Assembly (NCBI RefSeq): GCF_963921235.1
Contig: NC_086099.1
Span: 117,180,001-117,244,000 of the forward strand
DNA: 64,000 nucleotides
Direction of reading: 5' to 3'
From: Mobula hypostoma
Lineage: Eukaryota
The notes under the pieces are model-generated. The model searched no databases. It saw only the letters and a program-made list of their open reading frames with translations, and had not been told where the DNA came from. Shown here one piece after another: positions 1 through 12,300 of this stretch. Position 1 is the stretch's first letter, and each line of letters starts with the position of its first letter. Position numbers and translations under genes: made by a program.

Positions 1-1764
1 TGTGTGACTACAGGTCATAAGATCTTCTCCTAAAATGGAAACAAAAGAAAGGATGCTCATCAACATATATAGTTTAGATTCAGAAAGGGAGCCTGGAATC
101 CCAAGGGATAAAAAAAAATGGGAGTGTTTCTTCTGCAATTTAGGTTTTCTGACCCTGCCCACTATTGAGGACATCGGTGACATCCATCGTCACCATCTGC
201 CACATGCTCTCCTGGTTACTATCGTCAGATGAGGTACAAGAGCCTCAAGACCCATGCTCAACAATTTAGGAATAGTTTCTTCCCCTCTGCCATCAGATCT
301 CTGAATGGTCCAGGAACCCATGAATGCTACCTTTTTTTTTTGCATTATTTGTTTTTGTAATTTTAGATTATGTCTGTGCACTGTTCTAGTACTGCAACAC
401 AGCAAATTTCTCATCATTACACATCATGTAAAAAATCTGATGAGGATTATGGGTAATGTAGTCAACAGTTTCAAAATACCAAAGAGAATTCAAAGGACTT
501 GGCAAAATGGGACTTTTAGGGCATAGTTTCAAAATTAAAGGCCAGCCTTTCAGGAAACAGCTCCTTTGTAGATAGCCGTATCATTAATTCCACTTGGAAT
601 GTTTTCAGATAACATTCTGCACATGGCACAGTACTGAAACATAAAGTAGAAAATTATATCCTATGTGGTAATAGTGAAAGGAATCATTTCTTGTGTTCCT
701 TTTCATGTGGTTGCAGCCATTTGCAATAGGATGTGTTATTCCCTTCATCTATCAAGTCAGGAAGCTACCTATCTAGAAAGTTATGAACAATGATCCCAGC
801 AAGGGTAAAGAAATCACTGTCTTTAGTATTCCCACACCCACCATACACCAAGGATTCACCCGTGCTGTCCCCATCCTGCAACTATTTCTCATCCAAAAGC
901 TTCCCCTACTGATTATGTCCAACTTTATCAGACAACAGATCTCAAATTCCACCATCTCCAAATGATCAAACTGCCAGACATCTGGAATTGAAGAATGCAA
1001 ATTTTCCCTAGTATTGGAAACACTGAAAATACCGTCTTTTGTCTCTGTTCAGCCAACAACTCCATTCCACTTTCTGATAACAATGTATAAACTGAAATCA
1101 TAGAATTTGCAATTGTGATATCATATTTGATCAGCTGTATTTTCAATCTCGTACTTTAAATAGGAACTTAGATTACATAAAAGTCTTACCTTTGCTCAGC
1201 TCACCTACTGCTGGACTCTCAGTACATGCCACTGTTGCGTCTATACTAATCCAGTAACCACCATTCTTGTGTTCACCAGCCTCCTAAAACACTGCTATCC
1301 AATCACGTTCTCTCTCACAGTAAATCCTCTTCAGAACATAACCCTTGTGCTTGCATAATTTCAATGTTAAAATTATACTCATTTTCAAATCTGCAGATCT
1401 CTGTTTTCCTTTTCAAATCGAGTCCAGTCTCTGACTCCAAGGTATGTGTCCTCAGATTCTGGTTTACATAGCACAAAATTTAATTGCTTGATCACCAGCA
1501 ATTGTGCCTCAACTACCATGGACTAGGTCTAGAATTCAGTTTTAAACTAACCCCATTGCTTTTCATAATCCACATTTAACACACTATCCCACTCACTCCC
1601 TTCAGCTCTGCATCATTCCAAAATTAATTTCACTATTCTATGTTTCCGCAGTCTGCTATATTCACTAACTGCAACACAATGTCTAAGATTAATCCTATTG
1701 ATTATACAACTACAGCACAAGAATCTTCACACAAACTGCCAAACATCTACAATTAATCTATAGT

Positions 1765-2270
1765 CAGAGTACCTCAGCATAAAAACAGTCCCTTTGGCCC
1801 ATCTAGTAGTACAGAGCAAGTCTTCAAGGCCTGGCAACATAGATTTTCTCTACTCTTTCCATTTTATTGACATCTCCCTGTAGGTAGGTAAGCAGAACTG
1901 CACAGAATACTCGACATTAGGCCCCACCTACATCTTATCAACTTCAACATAACATCCCAGCTCCTGTACTCACTACTTTGATTCATCAAGGCCAATGTGC
2001 CGAAAGCACCCTATCTACCCGTGACACTATTTTAAGGAATTATAGATCTGTATTCTCAAATCCCTCTGTTCTACTACACTCCTTAGTGGCCTACCGTTCA
2101 CTGCACAAGTCTTACCCTGGTTAGTCCTCCCAAAGTGCAACACCCCAGACTTGCATTAAGTTCCACCTGCCATTTTTCCACTTGGTCCAGATCCCACTGC
2201 AAGCTTTGATAGCCATCCTCTCTGTTCACCCTCCGTTTTGATACCATCCTCACATTTGTTGATCTGCTTA
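1765..2270 (-). mobile_element. CR1 3' fragment
   Basis: Similar to the RT C-terminus and 3' end of the other CR1 copies. Confidence 0.65.
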
Positions 2271-3311
2271 AACCCAATTGATTTTTACCTTGCCAAGTGC
2301 CTGAATATCAGCAATCTCAAGCCTACTGGAAATCCCAACTGACCCCGCTCGCTTTTTTGAATCTCGCACTCACAACAAGTCAACTTCTCTCGCGATCTCA
2401 AGCCACTAAATGTCACTACTGGTCCTGCTTGCTTTTCAAACCTCAGGCTCACAATCCACAAGCTCTCGTGATCTCAAACCTGCCAAATGACACAACTGGC
2501 TGCACTTCATTTTTCAAATCTCATACACACAACACAATACACAAGCCAATCTCTGCTCTTTCTATAGTATTCTTATCCAACTGATTAGGAATGAACAACT
2601 TTATTGCTCTTGTTCTAGCCCTTAAATACATATTTCTTGCTTTGGTATAGGTGCTGATTGCTTCCAAATATCTAAGAGTGAAAAGCCATTAGAAATTACT
2701 AAATGAATTTTGTCCCTCCTTCCTGTACAACACAGGTTTAATGTAGCATTTAAATGGCTGTAGCACCCTCCCCATACCAATTAGAACACTAACAGAACAC
2801 AACCCTCATTAAGAGGAAGGTACATGTTACCTTGTTCTGTAACTAATGCAGGTGAGATTCCAATTCTGTCCACTGATAAGTTATAGTTATGTAGGGTGAC
2901 ATATCCCAAAGCACTTCACAATGATTTAAATTTTTTTTTCAAAACAATCAGTTGGCATCTAAACAATCTTGGCCACTTCTTACATCCTTGCTACAGATGT
3001 GTTTTATTGTCATACTGTAGCCTGTTTATGCACAAGATAATAGAAAACATATTTTAAGGATAATAGCCAAGTGATAAACATTAAGCAGGACACCAGAAGA
3101 ACACTGCTTCCTATGGAACCTTGAATATCTACCAGGGGGATCTGGTTGAAAGGCATATTTAAGCAACTACAACAATGTTGGTAAGGTATTGCTCAGATCT
3201 TAAGCTCACTTCTGGAAAAGGACTTAACCCTTCAACAAAAGCTCATGGCAAAGTTGCATTGTAATATAAAGTAAAGAAGAAAAGGGTGAGGTACAGTATT
3301 GCTCTGGTGAA

Positions 3312-3320
3312 TTAGCTTTC
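3312..3320 (-). CDS. Gene B terminal coding exon (ES*)
   Basis: Acceptor ttacttttcag|GAA AGC TAA, phase 0, after a 296-nt intron; candidate minus-strand AATAAA at 3008-3003 and 2605-2600. Confidence 0.65.
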   Translation of the reverse strand, partial: ES

Positions 3321-6300
3321 CTGAAAAGTAATCTGTAACAACAAGCTGCTGGAGTAACTCAGTGGGTCAAACAACATCTGCACATCTGCATCAGGACCAA
3401 AAATGCAGAGGGGAGATTTCCAGTATAATCGGAGAGTGAGACTGGGTGACTGGTGGATCGAGAGAGGCAGGCAGGTTGAGCCAGGTAGGGGAGGGGTACA
3501 GCTGGAGTAGATGACCGATAGAGAGAACAAACAAAGAACCGGGGGTTGGGGGGGAGAGGAGGCAGCTATCTTCTTGAATTTTCAATTGCTATTGTAATGT
3601 TAGGCATGATGCTTACCCATCCTCCTGAACTTTGAATCCATGGCAGCAGCTTTGTATTGATAAAGTTTGTCAACGCAACTTTGACTGTAGGAAGCAATTC
3701 AGGCACTTCCTTAGAAATGTTCATTCCCACAACGATAGCGATTCCAAGGAGATTTATCTCAGGACCCAACTGTTGAGCCTGTGCCTGCAGTTCAGGGGTG
3801 TTGCATAGCCCAGTCACCATCCCCGAAAACACTTCAGAAGCCTTGTAAAAATAATACAATTTTTAATGTAAAACAATTATTAAACAGAATTGCAACTCAG
3901 CACATGCCATTCTAGATATCCAATTTCTTTACCTTTCAGAAGCCATTCCATTTCTGAACAGTTGTCCTCATTTAGATAAGCACTGTATTTTACCGAGTGC
4001 ATTTTGACACATCTTCAGTATTTATTTCTTTTCCCCGTTTGAAATTTTGTTTTCCTCATAAATAAACTATAACAGTCTTCTTGAGTAAGGAAGAATAGGA
4101 ACAAGAGAGAGAGAAATTGAAAGAGAATGATGGAAATGGGACCTGAATTATGGAACTGCAGTAATTGGGTTCCTCCTCTATTGTCTGAACTGTAGATTAG
4201 AACATTCATGTAATGTTAAATCAACATTTTTTCACCAATATTGTGACAATAGCAATGCTCACCTTTCCAGATATACTGACTGAGCTGCTGAGTTTTTCCA
4301 TCATTTTTATTTTAGATTTCCAACACAGAAACACAGAAAACCTACAGCACAATATAGCACTTCGGGCCACAAAGCTGTGCCGAACATGTCCCTTCCTGAG
4401 AAATTACCTGGTGTTACCCATAGCCCTCTATTTTTCTGAGCTTCATGTACTTGCCCAGGAGTCTTCTAAAAGACCCTATCGTATCCACCTCCAGCACTGT
4501 TGCCAGCAGCCCATTCCACTCTCTCACCACTCTGCGTAAAAAACTCACCCCTGACATCTCTGTACCTACTTCAAGCATCTTAAAACTGTGCCCTCTCGTG
4601 CTAGCCATTTCAGCCCTGGGAAAAAGCCTCTGACTATCCACACGATCAATGCCTCTCATCATCTTATACACCTCTAACAGGTCACCTCTCATCCTCCGTC
4701 ACTACAAGGAAAAAAAGGCCGAGTTCACTCAACCTATTCTCATAAGACATGCTCCCCAATCCACGCAACATACTTGGAAGTCTCCTCTGCACCCTTCCTA
4801 TGGTTTCCACATCCTTCCTATAGTGAGGCAACCAGAACTAAGCACAGTACTCCAAGTGGGGTCTGACCAGGGTCCTATATAGCTGCAACATTACCTTGCG
4901 GTTCCCAAACTCAATCCCACGACTGATGAAGGCCAATGCACCATATGCTTTCTTAACCACCGAGTCAACCTGCGCAGCAGCTTTGAGTGTCTTATGGACC
5001 CAGACCCCAAGATCACTCTGATCCTCCACAAGAGTGTGACCATCAATACTATACTCTGCCATCATATCTGACCGACCAAAATGAACCACCTCACACTGAT
5101 CTGGGTTGAACTCCATCTGCCACTTCTCAGCCCAGTTTTGCTTCCTATCAACGTCCCGCTGTAACCTCTGACAGCCCTCCACACTATCCACAACACCCCC
5201 AATCTTTGTGTCATCAGCAAAATTTACTAACCCATCCTTCCTCTTCCTCATCCAGATCATTTATAAAAATCATGAAGAGAAGGGGTCTCGGAACAGATCC
5301 CTGAGGCACGCCACTGGTCACCGACCTCCATGCAGAATATGACCCATCTACAACCACTCTTTGCCTTCTCTGGGCAAGTCAGTTCTGGATCCACAAAGCA
5401 ATGTCCCCTTGGATCCCATGCCTCCTTACTTTCTCAATAAGTCTTGCATGGGGTACCTTGTCAAATGCCTTGCTGAAACCATTTACACTACATCTATGGC
5501 TCTACCTTCAACAATATGTTTAATCACATCCTCAAAAACTTCAATCAGGCTCGTAACGCACAATCTGCCTTTGACAAAGCCATGCTGACTATTCCTAATC
5601 ATATTATGCCTCTCCAAATGTTCATAAATCATGCCTCTCAGGATTTTCTCCATCAACTTACCAACCACTGCAGTAAGACTCACTGATCTATAATTTCCTG
5701 GGCTATCTCTACTCCCTTTCTTGAATAAGGGAACAATATCTGCAACCCTCCAATCGCCCGGAACCTCTCCCATCCCCATTGAGGATACAAAGATTATCAC
5801 CAGAGGCTCAGCAATCTCCCTCTTCGCCTCACACAGTAGCCTGGGGTACACCTTGTCTGGTCCCGGTGACTTATCCAACTTGATGCTTTCCAAAAGCTCC
5901 AGCACATCCTCTTTCTTAATATCTACATGCCCAAGCTTTTCAATCCACTGTAAGTCATCCCTACAATCTCCAAGGTAGTTTTCCCTAGTGAATACTGAAG
6001 CAAAGTACTCATTAAGTACCTCTACTATCTCCTCTGGAAATACCTACAGTTTCTTTTTGGATTTTCATAATTTCTTTCCTCCTATGTGATTAGAACAGCA
6101 AACTTCTTTCACTCTCATTCCACTGAATGGAAAAAAGTGCTGAAACCATACAAGGAGCTTGCAAGCAAGTTCCATAAAGTTAGGCAAGTGCTGTAAATGA
6201 CAGCATATCACTATATAGGCAGTAACAACCTACTTGTTATATCTCTTTGCACTTCACATCTCATCCAGAAACCATTACTCTACAGTTGGAGACTACCATC

Positions 6301-9300
6301 CATTGAAGTTATTCATAATATTTTAAAGACTAGTTATCTCAGTTACAAATCTAGAAGAGTGCTCGGGATGCAGAGGACACCATTATTACCTGGGGATGGG
6401 AGAAAAGACTGCCAAATTCAATTGGGACTGAGCTACATCAGCCAGAGACCACAAGATACAGGAGCAGAATTAGGACATTGGGCCCATCAAATCTGCTCCG
6501 CCGTTCCATTGTGGCTGATTTATCTCTTTGATGCCCCGATTAATCAAGAATCTATTAACCTCCGCTTTAAATACACGCAATGACTTGGTCTCCAAAGCTG
6601 CCTGTGGCAAAAAATTCCACAGATTCATTACACTGGCTGCAGAGATTTTTTTCTCATCTCTGTTCTAAATGGATCTCCTATTCTGAGACTGTGTCCTAGA
6701 CTCCCCCATTATAGGAAACACTCTCTCCACATCCACTCTGTCCTGGCTTTTCAATATTCCATAGGTTTCAATGAGATCCCCCTCATTCTTCTAAAATACA
6801 GCAAGTACAGGCCCAGAGCCATCAAACACACACGTTAACCCTTTCATTCCCGAATCATTCTTGTGAACTTCCTCTGCATCTGGATGCTTTCCAGTGCAGC
6901 ACTCCCAAGTGTGGTCTGAACAATCTCTTATAAAGCCTCAGCATTACATCATTGTTTTTTTCATTCTAGACCTCTCGAAATGAATGCGACCAATGCAGCT
7001 TCTTCATCACAGACCAAACCTACAAGTTAACCTTTAGGGGTGGATGAACTGAAAGTGCAGATTGTTATTAATGATTATGATATAGTTGGGATCACAGAGA
7101 CATGGCTCCAGGGTGACCAGGGATGGGAGCTCAACGTTCAGGGATATTCAATATTCAGGAGGGATAGACACGAAGGAAGGGGAGGTGGGGTGGCGTTGCT
7201 GGTTAAAAAAGAGATTAACGCAATAGAAAGGAAGGACATAAGCCGGGAAGATGTGGAATCGATATGGGTAGAGCTGCGTAACACTAAGGGGCAGAAGACG
7301 CTGGTGGGAGTTGTGTACAGGCCACCTAACAGTAGTAGTGAGGTCGGAGATGGTATTAAACAGGAAATTAGAAATGTGTGCAATAAAGGAACAGCAGTTA
7401 TAATGGGTGACTTCAATCTACATGTAGACTGGGTGAACCAAATTGGTAAAGGTGCTGAGGAAGAGGATTTCTTGGAATGTATGCGGGATGGTTTTTTGAA
7501 CCAACATGTCGAGGAACCGACTAGAGAGCAGGCTATTCTGGACTGGGTTTTGAGCAATGAGAAAGGGTTAATTAGCGATCTTGTCGTGAGAGGCCCCTTG
7601 GGTAAGAGTGACCATAATATGGTGGAATTCTTCATTAACATGGAGAGTGACGTAGTTAATTCAGAAACAAAGGTTCTGAACTTAAAGAGGGGTAACTTTG
7701 AAGGTATGAGACGTGAATTAGCTAAGATAGACTGGCAAATGACACTTCAAGGATTGACGGTGGATATGCAATGGCAGGCATTTAAAGGTTGCATGGATGA
7801 ACTACAACAATTGTTCATCCCAGTTTGGCAAAAGAATAAATCAAGGAAGGTAGTGCACCCGTGGCTGACAAGAGAAATTAGGGATAGTATCAATTCCAAA
7901 GAAGTAGCATACAAATTAGCCAGAGAAAGTGGCTCACCTGAGGACTGGGAGAAATTCAGAGTTCAGCAGAGGAGGACAAAGGGCTTAATTAGGAAGGGGA
8001 AAAAAGATTATGAGAGAAAACTGGCAGAGAACATAAAAACGGACTGTAAAAGCTTTTATAGATATGTAAAAAGGAAAAGACTGATAAAGACAAATGTAGG
8101 TCCCCTGCAAACAGAAACAGGTGAATTGATTATGGGGAGCAAGGACATGGCAGACCAATTGAATAATTACTTTGGTTCTGTCTTCACTAAGGAGGACATA
8201 AATAATCTTCCAGAAATAGTAAGGGACAGAGGGTCCAGTGAGATGGAGGAACTGAGCGAAATACATGTTAGTAGGGAAGTGGTGTTAGGTAAATTGAAGG
8301 GATTGAAGGCAGATAAATCCCCAGGGCCAGATGGTCTGCATCCCAGAGTGCTTAAGGAAGTGGCCCAAGAAATAGTGGATGCATTAGTGATAATTTTTCA
8401 AAACTCGTTAGATTCTGGACTAGTTCCTGAGGATTGGAGGGTGGCTAATGTAACCCCACTTTTTAAAAAAGGAGGGAGAGAGAAACCGGGGAATTATAGG
8501 CCGGTTAGCCTAACGTCGGTGGTGGGGAAACTGCTGGAGTCAGTTATCAAGGATGTGATAACAGCACATTTGGAAAGCGGTGAAATGATCGGACAAAGTC
8601 AGCATGGATTTGTGAAAGGAAAATCATGTCTGACGAATCTCATAGAATTTTTTGAGGATGTAACTAGTAGAGTGGATAGGGGAGAACCAGTGGATGTGGT
8701 ATATTTGGATTTTCAAAAGGCTTTTGACAAGGTCCCACATAGGAGATTAGTGTGCAAACTTAAAGCACATGGTATTGGGGGTAAGGTATTGGTGTGGGTG
8801 GAGAATTGGTTAGCAGACAGGAAGCAAAGAGTGGGAATAAACGGGACCTTTTCAGAATGGCAGGCGGTGACTAGTGGGGTACCGCAAGGCTCAGTGCTGG
8901 GACCCCAGTTGTTTACAATATATATTAATGACTTGGATGAGGGAATTAAATGCAGCATCTCCAAGTTTGCGGATGACACGAAGCTGGGTGGCAGTGTTAG
9001 CAGTGAGGAGGATGCTAAGAGGATGCAGGGTGACTTGGATAGGTTGGGTGAGTGGGCAAACTCATGGCAGATGCAATTTAATGTGGATAAATGTGAAGTT
9101 ATCCACTTTGGTGGCAAAAATAGGAAAACAGATTATTATCTGAATGGTGGCCGATTAGGAAAAGGGGAGGTGCAACGAGACCTGGGTGTCATTATACACC
9201 AGTCATTGAAAGTGGGCATGCAGGTACAGCAGGCGGTGAAAAAGGCGAACGGTATGCTGGCATTTATAGCGAGAGGATTCGAGTACAGGAGCAGGGAGGT

Positions 9301-12300
9301 ACTACTGCAGTTGTACAAGGCCTTGGTGAGACCACACCTGGAGTATTGTGTGCAGTTTCGGTCCCCTAATCTGAGGAAAGGCATCTTTGCCATAGAGGGA
9401 GTACAAAGAAGATTCACCAGATTGATTCCTGGGATGGCAGGTCTTTCATATGAAGAAAGACTGGATGAACTGGGCTTGTACTCGTTGGAATTTAGAAGAT
9501 TGAGGGGGGATCTGATTGAAACGTATAAGATCCTAAAGGGATTGGACAGGCTAGATGCGGGAAGATTGTTCCCGATGTTGGGGAGGTCTAGAACGAGGGG
9601 TCACAGTTTGAGGATAGAGGGGAAGCCTTTTAGGACCGAGGTTAGGAAAAACTTCTTCACACAGAGAGTGGTGAATCTGTGGAATTCTCTGCCACAGCAA
9701 ACTGTTGAGGCCAGTTCATTAGCTATGTTTAAAAGGAAGTTAGATATGGCCCTTGTGGCTACAGGGGTCAGGGGGTATGGAGGGAAGGCTGGGTTCTGAG
9801 TTGGATGATCAGCCATGATCATAATAAATGGCGGTGCAGGCTCGAAGGGCCGAATGGCCTACTCCTGCACCTATTTTCTATGTTTCTATGTTTCTATGAA
9901 TCTTGATCGAGTCTCAAGTCTCTTTGCATCACTGATTTTGCATTTTTCTCCCCATTTAGAAAATAGTCCATGCACTTCTCTACACTAGATTCCATCTGCC
10001 ACTACTTTTTTCCTCTCAGTCTAAGTCTTTTTGCAGATGCCTAGTTCCTCAACACCATCTGCATCTATCTTCATATCATCCGGAAACTTGGCCATAAAGC
10101 CATTGATATATAGCATGAAAAGAAGCGGTCCCAACACCGACCCCTGTGGTACACCACTACTCACCAGTAGCCAACCAGAAAGATCCCTCTTTATTCACAC
10201 AATTTGCCTCCTGCCAGTCAATCAATCCATCGAGCATCTTTCCTGTAATACCATGGGCTCTTATCTTGTTAAGAATCCTCATGTGCAGCACCTTATTAAA
10301 GGCCTTCTAAGAATCCAAGTATACAACACCTACTAATACTCCTTTGTCTATCCTACTTGTTATTGCCTCAAATAATCCCAACAGACTTTTCAAGCAAGAT
10401 TTTCCCTTAAGGAAACCATGTTGAATTTGGCCTATTTTTCATGCGCCGCTAAGTAACCCTAACAATCATCCTTAATAATGGACTCCAACATCTTACCAAC
10501 CACTGAAGTCAGGCTAATTGGTCTATAATTTCCTTTCTTTTGCCTCCCTTCCTTCTCTAAAAGCAGAGTGACATTTGAAATTTTTCTGTCCTCTGGAACC
10601 ATTCCAGAAAGATTCTTGAAAGATCATTACTAATGCCACCACAATCTCTTCAGCTACCTCTCAGAATCCTGGAGTGTAGTCTATAATTTCCTTTCTTTTG
10701 CCTCCCTTCCTTCTTTAAAAGCAGAGTGACATTTGAAATTTTTCTGTCCTCTGGAACGATTCCAGAAAGATTCTTGAAAGATCATTACTAATGCCACCAC
10801 AATCTCTTCAGCTACCTCTCAGAATCCTGGAGTGTAGTCCATCTGATCCAGGTGACTTACTTACCTTAAGACCGTTCAGCTTCCCACTTTCTCCTTAGTA
10901 ACAGCATCTACACTCACTTCTGCCCCCGATACTCTCAAATTACTGGCATTCTGCTAGTCTCTTCCACAGTGAAGACTGACGCAAAATACTTAATAAATTA
11001 GTCCATCGTTTGTTTGTCCCAATAGCTACCTCTCCCACAGCCCCTTTCCAGTGATCTGATATCCATTCTCACCTCTCTTTTGCTCTATATATAGCTGAAT
11101 AAACCTCTTTTATATTATTGGCTAGCCTACCTTAATGTTATCACATGCCATCTTGTAACAAACACCTCTTTTGCTTTTACCTTATCTTTGATTTTACCTT
11201 ATCTTTGATTTCCCTTGTCAGCCATACTTGTGACATCCTCCCTTTAGAATACCACTTCATCTTTGGGATGTATCTATCCTGCACCTTCCAAATTGCTCCC
11301 AGAATCTCCAGCCACTGCTGATCTGCCATCATTCTTGATTGTGTCCCCTTCCAATCAACTTTAGCCAGCTACTCTCTCATGCCTCTGTAATTCATTTTAC
11401 TTCACTACAATACTGATATATCTGAGTTTAACTTCTCCCTCTCAAACTGCAGAGTGAATTCTATCATTATTATCACTGTCTCCTAAAAGTTCCTTTACCT
11501 TAAGCTCCTCAAATCTAGTTCATTTCACAACACCAAATCCAGAATTGCCTTTTCCCTAGGGTGCTCAACCACAAGCTGCTCTAAAAACCCATCTTGTAGG
11601 CATTTTATCTTTTGGGATCCAGCAACAACCTGATTTTCCCAATCCACCTACATACTGAAATCCCCTATGAGTATCATAATATTACCCTTTTGACAAGCTT
11701 TCTCTATGCCCTGTTCTAATTTGTAGCTCACATACTAGCTACTGTTTGGAGGCCTGTATACAATTCCCATCAGGGTATTTTTACCCCTGCAGTTTCTTAA
11801 CTACCCACAAGAATTTTATAAGTCACCTCTTTCTAAGGATTTGATGATTTTTTTTTATAACCAATAAAGCCACCCCACCCCCTATGCCTACCTGCCTGCC
11901 CTTTTGATACAATGTGTATCCTTGGATGTTAAGCTTCCAACTATGATCTTCTTTCAACCATGGCTCAGTGATGCCCACATCTTACCTACCAATCTCTATC
12001 CGTACTACAAGATCATCTACCTTACTCCGCATACTGCATACATTCAAATAACACCTCCAGTCCTGTTTTCACCCCCCTTTTTGATTTTGGGTCCATGTTT
12101 ACACTTCAACTCACCCTACTGACATCAATTTGCCCATCCTTCCTCAGTCTCACTATACACTACATCTGGTTGTATACCAACTGCCCCATCCTCAGCCCTA
12201 TCACTCTGGCCCATCCCACCGCCAAATTAGTTTATAACCCCGCCCCCAACAGTTCAAGCAAACCAGCCGAAGCAAAAATATTGTTTCTCCCTCAGGTTCA

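Noticed and set aside
7040-9799. 919-aa ORF as a host gene or domesticated RT
   Set aside because: It starts at an insertion junction (GTG), has a CR1 tail, and has a near-identical sister copy, so it is a young LINE.
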